Below are positions 60,901-64,000 of a stretch of 64,000 nucleotides of DNA, in pieces (the first letter of the stretch is position 1; each line of letters begins with the position of its first letter). The notes under the pieces were generated by a model, which saw nothing but the letters and a program-made list of their open reading frames with translations, searched no databases and was not told the DNA's origin. The translations under genes were made by a program, and so were the position numbers. This DNA is from Oscillospiraceae bacterium (GTDB taxonomy: Bacteria > Bacillota > Clostridia > Oscillospirales > Acutalibacteraceae), in assembly GCA_015066525.1 (NCBI GenBank), contig SVOG01000014.1, positions 190 through 64,189 of the forward strand, written 5' to 3'.

Positions 60901-61734
60901 GCACGCCATATCCATCAGACAGACAATCTTGTCCTTGCGCTCGGCGTAAAGCTCGTTGCGCACTTCAAAGTATTCTCTGAGAGCCTGCTCGATTGCCTCG
61001 CTGTAACGGCTTTCGTCAATCTTTATCTCGTCAAGTTGTGTAGCAAAGGTGGTGTGGCGACAGTGGTCGCTCCAGTAGGTGTCGATAACCTTGAGTTCGG
61101 TGAGGGAGGGGTCTCTGTTTTCGTCGTTTTTGAAATAATCGCGTACCCAGCATAAATCCGCCACGCTCATCGCGAAGCCCATTTCGCTGTGGTATGCGGC
61201 GATTTCGTCGTCGGATTTGGCAATAAATCCTTCGATTCTGACGATGTCGTCGGGACGTTCCGCTTTGATGTCGAGCGATTCGGGCAGTTCCATTGACGCC
61301 TCGCGCGACTCCACGGGGTTGATGATGTAGGATTTGATTTTCTGCACCTCGTCGTCGGTGACATCGCCCTTAAATGCGATAATCTTTGCCGAAGCGACCG
61401 ACGGTCTTTCGCCCGCCGTGAGCAGCTGAATGCACTGCGCCGCACTGTCTGCGCGCTGGTCGTACTGACCCGGCAGATACTCGGTTGCAAAATACCGATA
61501 GCCGTCGAGCTGCGGCTCGTAGCATACGGTGTCCTGATTCGCTTCCGAGAATACCTGACCGACCGCACGGTCAAATTCCTCGGCAGTCAGTCCCTCAGCG
61601 TCATAGCGGTTAATGATTCTGAGTTCCTCGAGCGCCGTAATGCCGACATTGCTCTGCAAATCCTTGAGGATATTGCCCGCTTCAATGTCAAATCCCTTCT
61701 TTTTTTCAACAAAAACTCTGAAAACCTTTGCCAT
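57985..61734 (-). CDS. purL: Phosphoribosylformylglycinamidine synthase (single-chain)
   Basis: WSDHCRH, ETHNHP, DFGAGG, PGTNC, GICNGFQ, MGHSER. Confidence 0.97.
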   Translation of the reverse strand: MAKVFRVFVEKKKGFDIEAGNILKDLQSNVGITALEELRIINRYDAEGLTAEEFDRAVGQVFSEANQDTVCYEPQLDGYRYFATEYLPGQYDQRADSAAQCIQLLTAGERPSVASAKIIAFKGDVTDDEVQKIKSYIINPVESREASMELPESLDIKAERPDDIVRIEGFIAKSDDEIAAYHSEMGFAMSVADLCWVRDYFKNDENRDPSLTELKVIDTYWSDHCRHTTFATQLDEIKIDESRYSEAIEQALREYFEVRNELYAERKDKIVCLMDMACIGTKALKKWGYVDDLDESEEINACSINAEVEIDGKKEPWLIQFKNETHNHPTEIEPFGGAATCLGGAIRDPLSGRAYAYQAMRVTGSGDPTTPFEKTLPAKLPQSKITTGAAQGYSSYGNQIGLATGQVVELYDEGYVAKRMEIGAVIGASPKKSVIREVPEEGDVIVLLGGRTGRDGCGGATGSSKAHNSQSIETCGAEVQKGNPPTERKIQRLFRKTEVAQMIKRCNDFGAGGVSVAIGELADGLTINLDKVPKKYDGLDGTELAISESQERMAVVIDKNDIDKFTALANEENLEATVVAEVTAKNRLEMFWRGDKIVDLSRDFLNTNGVVQHAKAKIAAVDDTSYRESVPATLRGLSNADALSANLSRLEVCSQKGLVERFDSSIGAATVLMPYAGKYQLTPEDAMVAKVPLEKGETDTATVMSYGFIPKLSRWSPFHSAAFAVSESLAKLAAVGCDPSKARLTFQEYFERLGDAPERWGKPTAALLGALSAQLGYKTPSIGGKDSMSGSFNELDVPPTLVSFAVGMSEASKTVSAQFKKIGSTVKLLPLPVDEKSGLPDYEKAMALMMRVYAGIRNGEILAASVVKEGGAAACVCKMAFGNKHGFTFAQGLAGETLFAPLQGSFVVELADGADVDGITLGTTNDNAVFIIDGSVLTCDDLIDAWCGKLEKVFPTDSGKKAKMCAEVPLYKERSIFVAKNKVAKPRVFIPAFPGTNCEVDTARAFEKAGAEASILVVNNLSSAAINETIDKMVKEIERAQIVMLPGGFSGGDEPEGSGKFIATTFRNPRVSEAVTKLLNNRDGLMLGICNGFQALIKLGLVPYGEIVTTKPDDPTLTFNTIGRHISQMAYTRITSVKSPWFSGVNAGDVFAVPISHGEGRFVANDAVMQQLIANGQVATQYVNLDGEVCDAMPFNPNGSVCAVEGITSPDGRVLGKMGHSERKGADLYGNVPFEKDMKIFESGVNYFK

Positions 61735-61919
61735 ACCTGTTCTCCTTGATTTAGTTTGTAATATGATACCATAATTTAAGGGGTATTACAATAATCTATT
61801 TTAATAAATTTGTGTGAGGGAATCATTAAAATTTTATTAATTCAATCATCACCCTGCTGACATTCACATATGAATGTGGTATAATACGATTGACAGAAAA
61901 TTAACAAGGCGGTGATACT

Positions 61920-63080
61920 ATCAGCGAATTTGACGAGTCCGTGTTCGAGGTCGAATTTATGAACTGCGAGGTTGACCTCTCGGAAAACCTACGGGTTATC
62001 GGCGGCGACGCGCATTTTTCGGAGTTTACGGGAGTGCATCCCTCTAAGATAAAGCAGGGAAAGCTCTCCTTTAATGATATTATCGCCCCGCACGACAGGG
62101 AGAAAGTACGGCGCTCCCTCTTCAAGAAGAACGCGCCCTATGTCTACCTTGATTTCAGCATTCTGGATAAGGACGGCAACGAGGTATTTGTGCACTGCTC
62201 AGCGAACAGTGATGAGATAACGAAACGCAGCCGTCTCACCCTTGCCGATGTCTCGCGTTCGCAGAAAAAGAGCGAGGAACTCAAAACCCGCGCCGACGAG
62301 ATGAAGGAGCTCATCGACCTTGTCAACGCGGGCGTCTGCCTGTTTAAGGTGACGAGCGATATGGAGTTTCAGGCGCTGTATATGAATAAGACGGGCAGGG
62401 AGATGTTCGGCGTTTCCAAGAGCGTCTACCTGAATCGGCTGTATAAACTCGACGACCTCATTCAAGAGGAGGATAAGAGCGCTGTGTTCCAGGCGATCGG
62501 CAAGGCGATGGCAACCCATAAGCCGATTGATATGGAAATCCGGATGTTTACGCATAAAAACGGCGTTATCTGGTGTAAATTCGGCGCCTCAATACATAGA
62601 TACGACGAGGACGGATGCCCTGTTTTTCACGGCATTTTCTCGGATATTAACGATGTGAAGATGGCGGAGGAGGACGCCGACGAGGAGCGCGATTTGATGG
62701 TTCGCCTCTTTAAGAACCTCCCCGGTCCGCTCTTTACCGCGGATTTCGACGCGCCGTTTATGCTCGACGTGGTGTCGAGCGATTTTATTAAGCTGATAGG
62801 CTATTCGCGCAAGGAATTCTTTGAGCATTACGGCGGCGATTTGACGAAACTGATGATACCCAAGGAGGTACCCGTTGCACGGCACAGCCTGGTCGTCACA
62901 TCGGAAGGCAAGACCACGGCGAATGCGGTCTATACCATCCGAACCAAGAGCGGCAAGCACCTGATTGTGCAGGACAGGCGGCGCATTGTCGCGCGCGAAA
63001 ACGGCGAACGCGCCACCATCGGCATTCTCCGTGACGTAACCGAACGCGCGCAGAATAAATTTGAAACACTCGATATATAA
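61920..63080 (+). CDS. Triple PAS-domain protein without output domain (start ATC 61920 or GTG 61941)
   Basis: Three PAS/PAC-like repeats (IAPHDR, IQEEDK..GIFSDI, LIGYS..GILRDVTE). Confidence 0.8.
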   Translation: MSEFDESVFEVEFMNCEVDLSENLRVIGGDAHFSEFTGVHPSKIKQGKLSFNDIIAPHDREKVRRSLFKKNAPYVYLDFSILDKDGNEVFVHCSANSDEITKRSRLTLADVSRSQKKSEELKTRADEMKELIDLVNAGVCLFKVTSDMEFQALYMNKTGREMFGVSKSVYLNRLYKLDDLIQEEDKSAVFQAIGKAMATHKPIDMEIRMFTHKNGVIWCKFGASIHRYDEDGCPVFHGIFSDINDVKMAEEDADEERDLMVRLFKNLPGPLFTADFDAPFMLDVVSSDFIKLIGYSRKEFFEHYGGDLTKLMIPKEVPVARHSLVVTSEGKTTANAVYTIRTKSGKHLIVQDRRRIVARENGERATIGILRDVTERAQNKFETLDI

Positions 63081-63124
63081 AAAGACTTCCCGACATAATC
63101 GGGAAGTCTTTTTAGTCTGAACGA

Positions 63125-64000
63125 TTACTCGGTCAATTTTTTGGAGAATCTCTGGTAAATATAGGAAATACCGATGAGGATGCCGCCGTAGATGAAATAC
63201 GAGGCGATTTTGAATCCCGTATTGACCTCGAGTCCGCGCGCGTCGATGAAGAGGAGTTTGGCGAATGCAACGAGTATCATAATCAGTCCGCCGAGGCGTA
63301 CCACGGAGAACTTCTTTCTGAACCCGATGGCGAGCAGCACGCACGCCGCCGCAATGTAAACGCCGCTGATAATAACGCTCGAAAAGGCGACGTCAAACTG
63401 ACACATCAGTATTGCCGTCAGCATCGCGAGCACGAGGATGGCGATGGAGGCGGTGTAAATCCATACCGAGGCATTCAGCTCGTTGATGATGTTCGAAACC
63501 GCTTTGGAGAAGAAGAGCAGCGCCGCGATATTAATTACAATGAGTAATATGAGATTGAGCGTCTCCAAGCCGCCGCCTGCGCGGGCGGTGACGAAATAAT
63601 TGTTGATTTCCTGATAGTTGTTGACGATGTCGACACTGATGAAGGTATAGAGCGCGATGAGGACGCCCGCCACATCGGAAAAGCCGATGCTCACCTTGTT
63701 CTTCAGCACGCCGAAACGAATGCAAAGCGCGGTGATCAGCGCAAATACAGCGTATGCCACGGCATTTGTAAAGTCGGAGGAGAAGGTAACCTTCGGAGCG
63801 CTCAGCAGTGCGTGATAGAGATAAATCAGATAGGCGAAGGTACCGAGAGCCGACAGGATTTCAAAGATGGCAAAGTAAGAGAGCCTTTTCTTATCCACGG
63901 AAAGTCCGGTCACGGTGTATGCCCAGAAACCGACAAGAATTATACAAAGCGTAATAATTGCAAGGGGCGGGTAATTGCTCGTGCTGCTGTATGAAACACC
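63125..64000 (-). CDS. DUF2339-like polytopic membrane protein, C-terminal part
   Basis: RLGGL..AKLLFID..KIASYF..GGIL..ISYIYQR C-terminus; start presumably beyond the window edge. Confidence 0.7.
   Translation of the reverse strand, partial: GVSYSSTSNYPPLAIITLCIILVGFWAYTVTGLSVDKKRLSYFAIFEILSALGTFAYLIYLYHALLSAPKVTFSSDFTNAVAYAVFALITALCIRFGVLKNKVSIGFSDVAGVLIALYTFISVDIVNNYQEINNYFVTARAGGGLETLNLILLIVINIAALLFFSKAVSNIINELNASVWIYTASIAILVLAMLTAILMCQFDVAFSSVIISGVYIAAACVLLAIGFRKKFSVVRLGGLIMILVAFAKLLFIDARGLEVNTGFKIASYFIYGGILIGISYIYQRFSKKLTE

Overview
Chromosomal origin region of a spore-forming Clostridia/Oscillospiraceae-like bacterium (taxon inferred from gene content, not confirmed). It holds serS (partial), parB-parA with two parS sites, a Noc-like gene, the rsmG-mnmG-mnmE-jag-yidC-yidD-rnpA-rpmH block, and dnaA-dnaN-yaaA-recF-remB-gyrB-gyrA. 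That last block is inverted relative to the canonical rpmH<-->dnaA layout, and oriC lies between dnaA and dnaN. Further right are the folE-folP-folB-folK operon, fba, a MacAB-like ABC exporter, FMN riboswitch-ribU, a metal-homeostasis patch, rsmE, ogg, sleB, an M18 peptidase, a Sua5-CoaE fusion, prfA, dnaD/dnaC-like genes, tRNA-Gly(GCC), family-4 UDG, pduL and purL. No CRISPR array, IS transposase, prophage or rRNA was seen. Main unexplained signals: (1) a four-helix-bundle (Avd/IVS-protein-like) gene framed by inverted AGCTAATTT-plus-mini-hairpin arrays, with several ORF-less heptamer-repeat/hairpin elements sitting at stop codons; (2) an ArsR-linked P1B-ATPase reduced to its membrane domain, next to a CDF lacking its C-terminal domain; (3) non-canonical DnaA boxes, a substituted DnaA DNA-binding signature and a second DnaA-box cluster 18 kb from oriC; (4) REP-like repeats inside a riboswitch, a coding 3' end and translation-initiation regions; (5) a stand-alone 28-codon transcription unit. 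All calls are by-eye motif recognition; no database search was run.
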